From the NCBI RefSeq assembly GCF_001194135.2, contig NC_068981.1, positions 40,361,821 to 40,425,820 of the forward strand: a DNA stretch of 64,000 bases. Direction: 5' to 3'. Shown in pieces: positions 62,285 to 64,000 of the stretch. The stretch's first letter is position 1. Every line of letters starts with the position of its first letter. Under the pieces are notes generated by a model. That model was given only the letters and a program-made list of their open reading frames with translations. It was not told the origin of the DNA and did no database searches. The stretch is from Octopus bimaculoides. Its lineage: Eukaryota. The position numbers and the translations under genes are program-made.

Positions 62285-62870
62285 ATGCAGGCATGGTTGT
62301 TTGGTTAAGAATCTGGCATCACGGTCTTGTGGTCTCAGGTTTGGTCTCACAGTGCATCACCTTGGGCAAGCATTTTGTACTATATCCTCAGGCCAACCAA
62401 AACTTTATGTGTGGATTTCTGGATTTGGTGTACAGAAACTGGAAAAAGTTAAAACAATCGTGTGCGCATGTCTGTGTGTGGGTGCACATGTGAGTGTGAG
62501 TGTGTGTGTGTGTGAGGGTGGTGTGTATGGACACATGCATGTGTGAGCGCATGTGTGTGTGTGTGGGGGGGGGGCTTTATGTATATGTGTGCATGTGTGG
62601 GTGCACGCATGTGTGGGTGCACGCATGTGTGGGTGCACGCATGTGTGGGTGTGTCTGTGTTGTACCCTTGATTTGTCATCACGTCATGCAAACAATGCTG
62701 TTTGCTTCCAAACATCTATGAAAAAATGTCAGGCCATGGGAAGTTATTACCGTATCTAGAAATAGATGAGTGTTGGGTACAGAAGAACATCTGGCTTCAG
62801 AAAATGTGCAACAATTTCCACTTGACCCATGCACACATGGAAACATAAGTATTAAGTGATGATGATGATA
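62285..62870 (+). mobile_element. Family-C SINE with an expanded internal TG-rich tract and a 16-bp minisatellite
   Basis: Head catggttgtttggttaag...caccttgggcaag; gcatgtgtgggtgcac x3.75 at 62591-62650. Confidence 0.7.
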
Positions 62871-63227
62871 TATATACCAAAATATATGTATGTGTAGATA
62901 TATATAACTATATATGCATGTGTACTTCTATGTATATGTAGTCCTGCCAATGCCAGTCTGGAACACGGACGTTAAGTGATGATGTCGGTGCATATATGTA
63001 TCCATGTATAAAATTTAGAAATTCATATATGTATATATCTATGAATTTGTGTGTGTCTGTATGTAATATACGTGAAGGATTTTCATGTATGTATTATATA
63101 TATATGAATTTATTAATATACCTATTATATGATTATATATCAATATACATATGTATGCATTTCTATGTAGATAATTATAGATTTATACATATATGTGTGT
63201 GTATGTGTGTGTGTGTGTGTGTGTGTA

Positions 63228-63259
<32 letters not shown>

Positions 63260-63469
63260 GATTGATAGATAGATATAGATATATATATTGATAGACAGAT
63301 ATAGATATTAATATATTGATAGATACTTAGATATAGATATATATGTATAAAAAGATAGATACATAGATATAGATAAATAGATATATAGACAGATGGAGAT
63401 ATGTATATACATACAGATATAGATGTATACATATTTATATAGAGATATATATGTATCTATTATTATGAT

Positions 63470-63655
63470 TGACCGTTGACTGAACACTATTCAATTTTTT
63501 TTCTCCGTGTTTTTCTCCTTGTCTCCGTATTCTTTCTGTTGAAGAGCGTAGCTCGAAACGTCAAAGACTTTCCGTATTCCCGAGCGTCATACTAATATAT
63601 ACTTTTGTTATTTACACCACCTGTCCTCGTCTGTTGTTATTTTTTGTATATTCTC
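63470..63655 (+). mobile_element. Penelope-like terminal repeat fragment with a degenerate hammerhead-like core
   Basis: ctgttga-a-gagc-gta-gctc-gaaac at 63536-63559 follows the CTGANGA-hairpin-GAAAC layout of PLE hammerheads. Confidence 0.55.
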
Positions 63656-63731
63656 CCATATATATATAGACAGAGAGATATGGATGTATATGTATATATA
63701 TATGTGTCTGTATGCATACATATGTGTATAG

Positions 63732-63765
<34 letters not shown>

Positions 63766-63769
<4 letters not shown>

Positions 63770-64000
63770 CAGACTGTATGACGCATGCGTACGAACAACC
63801 ATGCTACATGGCAGTGAAACATGGGCTGTAACTGCTGAGGACATACGTAAGCTCGCAAGGAATGAAGCCAGTATGCTCCGTTGGATGTGTAATGTCAATG
63901 TGAATACCCGTCAGAGTGTAAGTATCTTGAGAGAAAAGCTGAACATTAGAAGCATCAGTTGTGGTGTGCAAGAGAGACGATTGCGCTGGTATGGACATGT
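63766..64000 (+). mobile_element. RTE LINE fragment, open frame to the window end
   Basis: GRLYDACVRTTMLHGSETW...RNEASMLRWMCNV...ERRLRWYGHV. Confidence 0.9.

Overview
AT-rich, microsatellite- and transposon-dense eukaryotic genomic DNA with 7 assembly gaps. The repeat content resembles octopus/coleoid cephalopod DNA as I recall it; no database search was run. Most of the window is decayed mobile DNA: about 30 tRNA-derived SINEs of three kinds, a frequent ~250-bp dispersed repeat, fragments of Tx1-like, RTE, Dong/R4, HERO-like and CR1-like LINEs, mariner, Tc1 and DD41D remnants, hAT- and Merlin-like MITEs, and a Penelope-like terminal repeat. The best-supported host feature is a first coding exon at 57155-57371 (+) with an RFxV motif, resembling the N-terminus of a K-Cl cotransporter (SLC12/KCC). 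Weaker candidates are a TATA-driven signal-peptide exon at 31603 (-), a SAP-domain ORF running into a gap at 32842 (-), a promoter-like NRF1/E2F/RFX motif island at ~39.7 kb, and several unassigned exon-like segments. The most interesting structural signals are four: (i) the youngest SINE subfamily shares its 3' tail with the Tx1-like LINE and twice sits inside the head of another SINE; (ii) two Tx1 fragments break at complementary RT positions with a shared GGCA, hinting at an old ~8.4-kb inversion; (iii) a mariner is built from two inverted 5' ends; (iv) a clean 181-bp MITE has an 8-bp TSD. No clearly new multi-gene system is demonstrable from sequence alone.
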